From: an uncultured virus (IMG/VR IMGVR_UViG_3300035698_020436)
Lineage: Duplodnaviria > Heunggongvirae > Uroviricota > Caudoviricetes
Virus record (IMG/VR): IMGVR_UViG_3300035698_020436
Direction: 5' to 3' (one strand)
DNA: 64,000 nt
Part shown: positions 53,750 to 62,899 of the stretch, piece by piece
Layout: every line of letters starts with the position of its first letter
Numbering within the stretch: the stretch's first letter is position 1
The notes under the pieces: generated by a model
The model's input: the letters and a program-made list of their open reading frames with translations, nothing else
What the model was told of the DNA's origin: nothing
The model's database searches: none
Position numbers and translations under genes: made by a program

Positions 53750-54310
53750 ATGATGGATAAATGCAAAAAACACATTGTACCGTTACTTTGGGTAACCAAA
53801 AATTGGATTGCCAGATTAAATAAATTTCTTCCACTCGAACCAGACACAATGTATGGGGTGTCAGAAGTGGCTGCTTTCCTACAAGCCCCTAGTTCTTTTT
53901 TGGTAAATCAAACTAAAGGTTTTAAATCCCGTACCTCTATTTACAGAGGTACGGGAAGATCTGGTTCTATGATTTGTGTCTCTGGTAAAGAACTCCAACC
54001 ATTGCTAGAATCCTGTAAGCTTCGAGCACCGAAAAAACCTAGAAAAGTTGCTCAGTTGATGCAGTTGGAGACCCCTAAAATCATTCAGTCAGAATTGGTA
54101 TGTACTGATATGGGTAAAGTTAGTGAGTTGGTTGGCAAGCTTCAAGATCAATTAGACAAACTCCCAAAGGATATGGCTAGAGAAGTCTCTTTTCAGTTGG
54201 CTCGGCAGTATTGTAGATCAAGATCACAAACTAAAGGTTTAAGAAGTGGGAAAAAAAAGATACCGTCGAAAAACAATTTGGAAACAAAGATGGAAAAATC
54301 GACGACCTGA
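53750..54310 (+). CDS. putative DNA-binding protein, HTH-like repeat family
   Basis: YGVSEVAAFLQ...VSGKEL. Confidence 0.5.
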   Translation: MMDKCKKHIVPLLWVTKNWIARLNKFLPLEPDTMYGVSEVAAFLQAPSSFLVNQTKGFKSRTSIYRGTGRSGSMICVSGKELQPLLESCKLRAPKKPRKVAQLMQLETPKIIQSELVCTDMGKVSELVGKLQDQLDKLPKDMAREVSFQLARQYCRSRSQTKGLRSGKKKIPSKNNLETKMEKSTT

Positions 54311-54690
54311 CGGTACTTATGTTACCACAGGAGACAACTGGACTTATTGGAGAAAACAACGATGCCCTCACTGTGGCAGGAAATACTATTATTTCCGTAT
54401 GCCCTGTACTCGTGAGGAAGTTCTCTTAGGTTTGAAAGAGGAAGCCAAAAGAGGTGATATTACCTGTGTTACTCTTAGGACTCTCCTTGGCCGGTGTCAT
54501 GAAATAAAGCTGGATGCTTGGGATGCCCACATTCGGATGTGCAGCGGTGAGTTTGATATGGAGAATCTGGAACTGGATGAAAATGGAGAACCTTCTCTCG
54601 AAGACCAACAAGAAATTATGGAAATCTCTTATAGAGAAGGACATTTTCTGGACCCAAAAGTTGTGAACAAAAAACGAAAGAAAAAATAAT

Positions 54691-54728
54691 AGCTTAGTTT
54701 ATCTAAGTTGTGGGTTGTTGAGGTAGGA
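54691..54728 (+). promoter_or_regulatory. 38-bp element copy 23
   Basis: consensus boxes; RBS AGGAGG begins at element position 35. Confidence 0.75.
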
Positions 54729-54920
54729 GGTATTTATTGTGTTACATTTTGAAGAAGTAAAAATCGGAGATTTTGTCCGAGATCAACAAGGTCTTGGACG
54801 TTGGTTGAAAGTTTTACATATAGATCGGGTAGATCAGCAGACAACTTTGGTTCTGAGTTCCGATATCACTCCGTTGATCCGAAGTGGTTCAAGGAATAAA
54901 ATTGAAGTACGGAGAAAACA

Positions 54921-55076
54921 ATGAGTTTTGAAAAATTCATGTTAACGGAAAATTTTGAAGTTAATACCTGTTGGGACTGTGAGTCCCGGATAGGTGAGGA
55001 ATGTAGTTATGATGGTCATGAGGTTTTTCCTGACAGTGAAATCTGTGACCAATTTTCAAAAACGGAGGTCACCTAA
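54921..55076 (+). CDS. small Cys-rich protein (51 aa, below the track cutoff)
   Basis: GGAG RBS, ATGA overlap with the upstream ORF, CWDC...C...C. Confidence 0.55.
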   Translation: MSFEKFMLTENFEVNTCWDCESRIGEECSYDGHEVFPDSEICDQFSKTEVT

Positions 55077-55077
55077 A

Positions 55078-56247
55078 ATGGCACGAGAAGCAACAATACA
55101 AAGAATTGAAACGATTAGCCCTATCAAGAAAGCTGATTTTTTAGAACTAGCTACATTTGAAGGGTTAGGCTGGACATGTGTAGTTAAAAAAGGGGACTTT
55201 AAACCCGGTGACCCCTGTGTTTACTTCATGATCGATAGTGAACTGCCCCCAGAAGCACCGTGGGCAGTTTTCTTGGCCGAAAAAGGTAGCACACGTATCA
55301 AAACGATGCGTCTCCGTGGAGCTTTGTCTCAAGGACTGGCTTTGAAGACCAGTATCCTGATGGAATCCCTTCATCCTGATAATGATGAAATCATTACAGG
55401 TATTCAGAGTGATAGTATGGGTATTGAATTCACTACTGAATCTGGTTGGCAAGACCCGGTTCGGTGGGGGTATGACGTGACCCATATGCTGGGTGTCAAA
55501 CACTACGAGAAGCCGATCCCTGAAGGGATAAGCGGAGATCCAAAGGGAGCATTCCCCGGGTACATTCCGAAAACTGACGAAACGACACTCCAGAACATTC
55601 CGGCTATCCTACAAGAGATGGAAGGACAGGAAATATATGTCACAGTTAAATGTGATGGTACTTCCACGACGTTTGCCCAACTCGACGGTGATATAGATAT
55701 CTGTGGCCGTAACTGGTCTATGAAGGAGTGGTCTCGTGAGGATGATCCTGATGGTAAGCCACCCATTCACAACCTGTACTGGATTATGGCTCGAAAATAC
55801 GGAATCTTGGATATTCTCAAGGAACATGACGGGATTGCTATCCAAGCTGAAATGGTAGGCCCCGGAATTCAAGGTAACCGCCTCGGCCTCGACGAAACAG
55901 AAATTCGTGTATTCGATATCTGGGATATTAAGAAAGCTCAGTACTATGACTTTGAAGACCTCTGGAGTTTCTGCCAGAGATACAAACTCCCGATGGTTCC
56001 GATAGTTTACCTGACGGGTAGTGATTCTCAGAACCACCTGTGTTCTGAGACTGTAACAATGGAAGGACCTATGTTGACTCAGGAATACTGGTTGAGGATA
56101 GCTGAAATTCGTCATTACCTCGGCACGGAGAATCGTATCGAAGGACTCGTCACCCGTACCTGCAAAGCTCAGTACTTGGACGGTGTTCAGAACAGGGCTT
56201 CTTTCAAGGCTTTGAATAACATGTTTCTGTTGAAAGACGAGGAGTAG
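55078..56247 (+). CDS. RNA ligase, DRB0094/Rnl5-like family
   Basis: N-terminal OB-type ATIQRI..I.PI..AD.LE...GW..VVKKG.F..GD..VY..IDS; IPKTDE; KCDGTS; EGLV; SFK. Confidence 0.9.
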   Translation: MAREATIQRIETISPIKKADFLELATFEGLGWTCVVKKGDFKPGDPCVYFMIDSELPPEAPWAVFLAEKGSTRIKTMRLRGALSQGLALKTSILMESLHPDNDEIITGIQSDSMGIEFTTESGWQDPVRWGYDVTHMLGVKHYEKPIPEGISGDPKGAFPGYIPKTDETTLQNIPAILQEMEGQEIYVTVKCDGTSTTFAQLDGDIDICGRNWSMKEWSREDDPDGKPPIHNLYWIMARKYGILDILKEHDGIAIQAEMVGPGIQGNRLGLDETEIRVFDIWDIKKAQYYDFEDLWSFCQRYKLPMVPIVYLTGSDSQNHLCSETVTMEGPMLTQEYWLRIAEIRHYLGTENRIEGLVTRTCKAQYLDGVQNRASFKALNNMFLLKDEE

Positions 56248-57127
56248 TAATGGCTGATAAAAAGAAACCCTCCAATGACGGTAATGGTACAATCATTATG
56301 GCTTGGATTTTTATTGCCTTCTTAATGTGGGCAATGATGATGGTCGTATCAGGTAATATCCCTGACAGTTGGAAGACTAAGAAAAGAGTCCAAAACGAAG
56401 AAACGCCCCTCGAAGGGAGCGTTGACCCGAAGATACTATCAACGGGGTGGATGAGTAAAGATAACAAAGTTTAGATAAGGTGTCAAGTTAAAATGAAAAA
56501 AGAATGCCCATTCTGTAAAAGAAAATTTGCTGGGAAAGCTCCTGACGGAGAATCTTTCTACGACAAACACGAACGGGACTGTGAGAAACGTACCCCTCCC
56601 AGTGCTATGAGCCTGCCAGTTCAAGTCCAAATCACTAAATGTCAGAACTGTGAAGGAATGGAGTTCCGGTTTGTCTGTCACTACGATAGTTGGAATCCTC
56701 GGAGTGCTCTCTGGGAATATGCTTGTAAAGCCTGTGGCCAACATCATACATCAATCAGGTCTTTGGACACAATAGCTTCGGAAGTTCCTTATGATACAAA
56801 GGGACCAACGGAGCGTAAACCTCCGAAATGGGATAGATAAAATGTCACTTACAACGTCAATGGAAGCAGCAATCCCTATATGGATTGCCAAACTATCAAA
56901 ACAACCTCTTGATTATGTCCTTAAACGTATGGCTGAACAATCAAAAACCCTCCCCGGACTATTAGGTGGGAAAGGTGAGATTATGCTGTTCGGCGGTGGT
57001 GAAAAGGGAGAAGCAGCAGATATGTTTAATCAGACAGCCGAGGCCGTGGCCTTGATGTCTTTTTTACCAGGTGGTATTCATGTCTTTGGACACTGGGAAT
57101 CAACACACCCTGAGAAAGAAAAATAAC

Positions 57128-57547
57128 ATGCCTTATGCTGAAAAAACATCAGTACCTGTAGGGCGTAGTAAAGAACAAATTGAGGCTATGCTGCTAAAAG
57201 TAGGGGTGGAGAAATTTGCTTACCTATCAGAGGCTACCAATATTCTGTTGATGTTTAGCTATAAGGGAATCCCTTACAGAATTCATATGGATATACCACC
57301 CCATAGTACTTGGAAAGGGTCCAAAAAAAGCAGAGACCAGGAAATCCGTCGTTTGTGGAGAGTATCTTGGCTGGTCGTAAAAAATAGGGTTGTCTTAATT
57401 GAAGAAGGTGCAGAACCTTTCCAGGCTGCTTTCCTGCCTTATATGGCAGTCGGGGGAAACAACACATTATACGAAAAAATGCAAGGTGCCTTGGAAGATG
57501 GTCGTGTTCATGATGCCCTTCCAGCTATACCGTTTTATGAACCCTAA
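57128..57547 (+). CDS. conserved-looking phage hypothetical protein
   Basis: YAE.TSV...RS...IE..L...AFLPY pattern. Confidence 0.65.
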   Translation: MPYAEKTSVPVGRSKEQIEAMLLKVGVEKFAYLSEATNILLMFSYKGIPYRIHMDIPPHSTWKGSKKSRDQEIRRLWRVSWLVVKNRVVLIEEGAEPFQAAFLPYMAVGGNNTLYEKMQGALEDGRVHDALPAIPFYEP

Positions 57548-57839
57548 TGAGGAATAACATGTTTGAAGATAAAACTATTACATTGACCTGTGTTTGTGGA
57601 TGTGGTTCTATCAGATTCGACCTTTTTGCTGAGGAACCAGAAGTCTGTGTTACTCCTTATGCTCTCATGAGCCGGCCAATAATTATGCCAAATTCTATCT
57701 GGAATCGGGTAAGACTGGCTTGGGGGGTATTATTTGGGAAATATCCTGAGCCGACTATGATAATCGACCAAGATGAAGTACCACTGCTCCATGAATTTTT
57801 ACATCAAACTGAAAAAGCTTTGAAAAAGAAAGAAAATAA

Positions 57840-58349
57840 ATGATTTGGTTTACTGCCGATCCGCATTTTGGCCATAGAAATATTATTAAATATTGCAAAC
57901 GACCCTTTAAGGGTCCGAAAGAAATGGATACTGTTATTAGGACAAACTGGAATGCTTTGGTTAAACCCAAGGATACCGTTTACGTCCTTGGTGACTTTTC
58001 CATGTCCACTAATAAGAAAAACCTTGAAGATTGGTTTAATGCCCTACACGGTAAGAAAACTCTTATCGTAGGTAACCACGACTCCAAGGCTTGTCTCAAG
58101 CTCCCGTGGAAAGATGTGTTTGAAGTCAAACAGATACGCCATTCTGGCCATAGAATCTGGTTGAGTCATTATGCCCATAGAACATGGCCGAATGCCTACC
58201 ACGGTGCAATGCATCTGTTCGGCCATTCACACGGAATGCTGCCACCCTACCGACGCTCAATGGATGTCGGAGTTGATGTCTGTGACTTCAAACCGATATC
58301 TGGAGACAAGGTAGTAGAGATATTAATGAAAAAAGAAACAACTTCGTAA
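57840..58349 (+). CDS. calcineurin-like metallophosphoesterase
   Basis: D.HFGH, LGDF, GNHD, SHY, GHSHG, DVGVD. Confidence 0.92.
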   Translation: MIWFTADPHFGHRNIIKYCKRPFKGPKEMDTVIRTNWNALVKPKDTVYVLGDFSMSTNKKNLEDWFNALHGKKTLIVGNHDSKACLKLPWKDVFEVKQIRHSGHRIWLSHYAHRTWPNAYHGAMHLFGHSHGMLPPYRRSMDVGVDVCDFKPISGDKVVEILMKKETTS

Positions 58350-58518
58350 GGAGAAGTAATGGAAAATTTAGCTGAAGTAGATGTTGAGGTTTTAGTTCAT
58401 GGTGAAAAAGCCGTGAAAGTTACCAATGGTGTTATGGTGTGTTGGGTCAATTACAAGATCATCGATGATGATTCAGAAGTTCACGAGAAAACCCCAGTCG
58501 GCACAACGGCCACTTTAG

Positions 58519-59553
58519 TCATCCCTGAATGGAAAGCTGTCGAAGAAGGTCTTGTATAATCTGACGGATTTTTTCAATGTCTGTTACTTTAACATCAGGG
58601 TTACAAGGTAGGCAAATAATCCGTTTGAACATTCGTGTTGCATTTGGCATATCAAGAACTGGACGATAATACTGTCGAGCATCAACACCTTCATTTTTCA
58701 GTTTCTGAATCACTTCCTCAGCATTATCTAAGAATATCGGAAAACAGAAAGGCACACTGTTCTCCCCAACGTCAGGAAGTACCTCAAAACCATCGAAAAC
58801 GGCTCTGTATTGGACGTTTAGAGCTTGAAGGTGTCCTTTTATACCCTCAAGATTCCTAATCAAGTGGGCATGGATATAAGCTGCCGTGATACAATTCATT
58901 TTCCCATTAAAACCAAGATCTTGATGGCTTATTGATATCCCGAAATTGAGAATGGACCGAACAGTTTTCTCATATGCTTTCTTAACTATAGCCACACCAC
59001 CCTCAGCAAACCCGATTTGTTTCGTATGATGCAGGCTGACGATTGAAGCATCTCCATAATTAAGACTGTTTTTACCATTAAAGAATGAGAACGGTGTGGC
59101 TGCATTATCAAATACCAAGAGTTGTTTGCCTTGACCGGCCAGTTTCTCGTATTCTACTGGGGATCGTTGAAGCATTCCGAATAGGTTGGTTACGATCAGA
59201 ACCTCAGAATCAGGCAGTTCTTTGAAATTGAGGTCGTCATCAACGTCTGTGATCGTGGCTCCCTTGAGGGGTCCTTCAATGTTACTAGGGAACGTAAATG
59301 CTGGAGTGCCTGCCGATGAAATTCTATGATGGATATGGAAAGCAATGATGATAGCGTGTATGGCTGCTGTACCGTTGACAGATGCTATTACAGCTCTATC
59401 ATCTTCTATGGCCAGTTCGGCTCGGAGGTAGGTTTCCAGAGCTTGTACGGCTGGTCCGTAATTAGATAATTGGTTGCTAGATACAGAGGATGCCATCAAA
59501 ACCGTGGCCAGAGAGTGATCAGGTTTCTTGTGATTCAACCATGGTATTTTCAT
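58519..59553 (-). CDS. DegT/DnrJ/EryC1/StrS sugar aminotransferase
   Basis: NGTAA, FTF, DNAA, SLHHTK..G.AEGG, RQYY.P. Confidence 0.9.
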   Translation of the reverse strand: MKIPWLNHKKPDHSLATVLMASSVSSNQLSNYGPAVQALETYLRAELAIEDDRAVIASVNGTAAIHAIIIAFHIHHRISSAGTPAFTFPSNIEGPLKGATITDVDDDLNFKELPDSEVLIVTNLFGMLQRSPVEYEKLAGQGKQLLVFDNAATPFSFFNGKNSLNYGDASIVSLHHTKQIGFAEGGVAIVKKAYEKTVRSILNFGISISHQDLGFNGKMNCITAAYIHAHLIRNLEGIKGHLQALNVQYRAVFDGFEVLPDVGENSVPFCFPIFLDNAEEVIQKLKNEGVDARQYYRPVLDMPNATRMFKRIICLPCNPDVKVTDIEKIRQIIQDLLRQLSIQG

Positions 59554-60501
59554 TTACCACCTGTAGTATTCTTTGAAGTGTTTTACCAGTCCGGGAATGT
59601 CTTTCAAGACCCGACGTTTAGGCTCCCATCCCAAAGATCTCAGTTTTGAATCGTCTACGGCATATCGAACATCTTGACCCACTCGTTTATAGGTCAGGTC
59701 TACATATTGTTTCCAGTCACAATCTTCTCCGTGAAAAGCCTTGATGATAGTTTTCACAATCTCAATATTTTTTAAAATGTCCGGGCCAGAAATATTAAAT
59801 ACCCCTTCTTGGGTATTTTGACCCATTAGCATCAGGATTGCCCGGGCAGTATCTTCTGCATGAAGCCATGTACGATAAGGTTCCCCTTGATTATGAAGGA
59901 TGATAGGATGTTCTCGTTGGAGATTTTTAACAGAAAGGGGGATAAGTTTCTCTGGGTATTGATGTTCCCCGTAATTGTTAGTTGGTCGGACCAGAATGTA
60001 TTTGTGTCCGAATGTTCTTGCCCAAGCTTGAATAATCAGATCCCCAGCAGCTTTAGTTGCTGAGTAAGGGTTGCTGGGATTCAAGAAAGAATTTTCGTCA
60101 AAGAATCCCTTGTCGATGTCCCCATAGACTTCATCGGTACTGAAATGAAGAAATGTTGGACGACGAGCTGTGTTTCTCCGCTTGTGTAACATTTTAAGAA
60201 TATTATAAACACCATGGATATTACTAGCAATAAATTCCGTTGTCCCGATGATGCTGTTATCTACATGAGTTTCAGCAGCCATATTGACAATGTAGTCACA
60301 ATCAGGGAAGAATGTTGTGTTTTCAATCCCGATTTCTTCAAAATGGAAGTTAGGATTATTTTGAAATTCACCCAGTAGGTTGAGGTTAGCAGCATAAGTA
60401 CATTTGTCTATACCGTAAACCATCCAACCCTGTTCTAAACAGAGACGGGTTAAATGGGAAGCCATGAAACCTAAACAGCCTGTGATGGTTACAATTTTCA
60501 T
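59554..60501 (-). CDS. rmlB: dTDP-glucose 4,6-dehydratase-like
   Basis: TGCLGF, TYAAN, AAETHVDNSI, STDEVYG, YSATK, NNYG..QYPEKLIP. Confidence 0.9.
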   Translation of the reverse strand: MKIVTITGCLGFMASHLTRLCLEQGWMVYGIDKCTYAANLNLLGEFQNNPNFHFEEIGIENTTFFPDCDYIVNMAAETHVDNSIIGTTEFIASNIHGVYNILKMLHKRRNTARRPTFLHFSTDEVYGDIDKGFFDENSFLNPSNPYSATKAAGDLIIQAWARTFGHKYILVRPTNNYGEHQYPEKLIPLSVKNLQREHPIILHNQGEPYRTWLHAEDTARAILMLMGQNTQEGVFNISGPDILKNIEIVKTIIKAFHGEDCDWKQYVDLTYKRVGQDVRYAVDDSKLRSLGWEPKRRVLKDIPGLVKHFKEYYRW

Positions 60502-61106
60502 TTGTAAGGCCCTTTTAAAATAGCTGGTACACCTAAATAAGTACCAGGTTCTGTTATATCGTTTGTTATGACTGAACCAGCCCCAATTCTTACACGATCA
60601 GTAATTTTTATTCCTTCTAATGTACAGGAATTTGCACCAAATCTTACATCATTACCTATTTGAGTATGACCACTAAGAGTTACTGATGGTGCCGTTGTAA
60701 AATATTTTCCTGTATTGATATCATGACCAATAGTTGTATAAAGACTGATTTGAGAATAATCTCCGAGATTAACGGATGCCCTGACAGTAGCAAAAGCACA
60801 TATTACAGAACCCTTCCCAATATGTGCTCTTTTGGAAACCAGTGCTCTAGGGTGAATTAACGTCATTATTTCAATATTATCAGGAAGCCTGGATATTATT
60901 TTTTTCCGTGTTGTGACATCTCCTATAGCCAATACCACACTATGGATATTAGGTTTTAAATTGTCAATTGAGATCATAGGAATCCCAAAAAAAGGTTTTT
61001 TCTTAAAATCATCTGCAAAGAAAGCTGGTGTGTAACTATTAGCTTCTAAATTTTCCATTACTGCTTGACCAAACCCCCCAGCTCCTATAATACATATCTT
61101 TTTCAT
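60498..61106 (-). CDS. PglD/NeuD-family sugar acetyltransferase
   Basis: IIGAGGFG N-terminal domain plus hexapeptide repeats, GHD, GVPA. Confidence 0.88.
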   Translation of the reverse strand: MKKICIIGAGGFGQAVMENLEANSYTPAFFADDFKKKPFFGIPMISIDNLKPNIHSVVLAIGDVTTRKKIISRLPDNIEIMTLIHPRALVSKRAHIGKGSVICAFATVRASVNLGDYSQISLYTTIGHDINTGKYFTTAPSVTLSGHTQIGNDVRFGANSCTLEGIKITDRVRIGAGSVITNDITEPGTYLGVPAILKGPYK

Positions 61107-61594
61107 TTGATTTTCCTTGCTGGAGACCCTACATAAGTACCGGGGTCTGTGGTATTGTTAATAATTAATGTGTTATATCCAGTGGTCACATCGGGACCAA
61201 CGGTGCATCCTGCAGCAATGATAGTACGCATTCCAATAACACACCCAGAATGGATTTCTGTAAACAAATCATCCATCTGTTTTCTGGATTGTATTTGTTT
61301 TGAGTGGGATGTAATAACAGAGCCTCCGAAATAAACATTATCGTGGATGATAACATTTCTTGAAATCAGAGAACGCTTACTTATTCGGACATTATTACCT
61401 ATGGTACAAGGTCCTGTTGTATTACAATAATCATCCATTTCAACATCATTACCAATGATAGTCCCTGAACATAATTTCACATAATCACCGAGAGTTACAT
61501 TATCCCCAACAGTAACCCCATCCTCAATAATAACAAATTTTCCGATTTTGAAATTGGAACCTGATTTGAAATCCTCAGCTATAAAATTAGTCAT
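61103..61594 (-). CDS. hexapeptide-repeat acetyltransferase
   Basis: left-handed beta-helix repeats, YVGSPARKIK. Confidence 0.85.
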   Translation of the reverse strand: MTNFIAEDFKSGSNFKIGKFVIIEDGVTVGDNVTLGDYVKLCSGTIIGNDVEMDDYCNTTGPCTIGNNVRISKRSLISRNVIIHDNVYFGGSVITSHSKQIQSRKQMDDLFTEIHSGCVIGMRTIIAAGCTVGPDVTTGYNTLIINNTTDPGTYVGSPARKIK

Positions 61595-61598
61595 CTGA

Positions 61599-62132
61599 TT
61601 ATTTCACTCCTTCCACAATCAAATTGCTGAATTCTGGACCCCGCCGTTCAAGTCCTGATAGTTCTGGGAAATTACTTTTACGGTGTTCTACAAGATAGAC
61701 TTTATGGAATCCAGCAGCTTTCATTAAAGCTGTAAGTGTTTCTTCATCATAGATAAATTGATGGCCCCATTCCCTGAAAACCCCATTAAGATAAACAGCC
61801 CCAGTTTTCACAGGGAAGTCTAATTGTTTAATCCAATCTCGTTCGGTCCAATTTCCTGAATTATAAAGTTCTAGGGCTGCTTTTAATCCTGGTACAGCTA
61901 CTCGTAATACTCCGCCTGATTTTAACATTTTATGGCATATTTTAGTGGCTTTGAATCCATTTTCACGAGAAAAATGTTCCCACACATGCTCACTAAAAAT
62001 GAAAGATGCACTGTTGTCCTCAAAGGGGCAGGGATGTCTAATCACATCCCATTGAACATCACTTTTTTTAGTCCTGTCTATATTCACCCAATTTTTTAAA
62101 AGGTGTCCACCACAACCAATATGGATTTTCAT
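61599..62132 (-). CDS. class I SAM-dependent methyltransferase
   Basis: HIGCG...WVNID...SEHVWEH...LKSGG.LR..VP. Confidence 0.85.
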   Translation of the reverse strand: MKIHIGCGGHLLKNWVNIDRTKKSDVQWDVIRHPCPFEDNSASFIFSEHVWEHFSRENGFKATKICHKMLKSGGVLRVAVPGLKAALELYNSGNWTERDWIKQLDFPVKTGAVYLNGVFREWGHQFIYDEETLTALMKAAGFHKVYLVEHRKSNFPELSGLERRGPEFSNLIVEGVK

Positions 62133-62896
62133 TTCTTTGGTTCTCCTTTTACAATTAAACAATGAGATTGTATTCCTGTCGGATTAAACCATTGTCGAGT
62201 AGGGACTCCTCCCCAAGCATCTAAGGTAGCTCCCATATCAATACATATTTTCCCAAACTTATCTCGTAAATATACCCCTGTGTCTTTGCCCCCTGCCCCA
62301 TTAGCCCATAGAACTACAGTTTCTTTTATAGAATGTAAAGCTTGAAGCCTAGTCTCCCTGTCTTGTAATTTATCTTTACGGTCCACTTTGGTGTAAGATA
62401 TAGGACAGCCTAATAATTGATCAAGGTTATTACGCCTCATCCCATCTACATAAGTCCCTATTATATGAATACCTTTTAAGTCTCCTAATAATTCTCGGAA
62501 AGATTTAATAGACCCTAAATAAGAAGACCTACAAATTTGGTGGTCTGCAATGATGGAAGGGACAGGTAAACCCCAACTCTCAAAATCTTTAGTATATAAG
62601 CGTCCGTCTAAAAATACTTTTTTCATAGGGCAACTATCTTCGGCTAAGATACCCAACATGTCGGTACGGAGTGCTCTTTTTAATACCTCCCCCATATCAT
62701 TAAAGGCTTGTTCTTTTTCATCTGGGTATTGAAAACCCCAATTATTACACAAAGCCTTAGCAATGAAATCTTTTCTTTTTAGGACTGCAACATCCCCATC
62801 CCCAAACCGAGTAAATGTGAAGGGTTCTCTTTTTTTGATAACATCCTTCAATAAAAAAAATGTATCCTGATCTGATATAGTTGGAATTAATAACAT
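62129..62896 (-). CDS. GT-D-fold-like glycosyltransferase
   Basis: RFGDGD N-terminal motif, G..GK...IDMG..LD. Confidence 0.65.
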   Translation of the reverse strand: MLLIPTISDQDTFFLLKDVIKKREPFTFTRFGDGDVAVLKRKDFIAKALCNNWGFQYPDEKEQAFNDMGEVLKRALRTDMLGILAEDSCPMKKVFLDGRLYTKDFESWGLPVPSIIADHQICRSSYLGSIKSFRELLGDLKGIHIIGTYVDGMRRNNLDQLLGCPISYTKVDRKDKLQDRETRLQALHSIKETVVLWANGAGGKDTGVYLRDKFGKICIDMGATLDAWGGVPTRQWFNPTGIQSHCLIVKGEPKK

Positions 62897-62899
62897 AAT

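Noticed and set aside
618..54728. 38-bp element as a dispersed CRISPR repeat, attC site or REP/terminator
   Set aside because: No internal palindrome, irregular kb-scale spacing, and strict orientation toward downstream genes
55609..56292. Long antisense ORFs (227 aa here, and similar ones opposite ligA and PARP)
   Set aside because: Shadow frames of well-supported genes on the other strand
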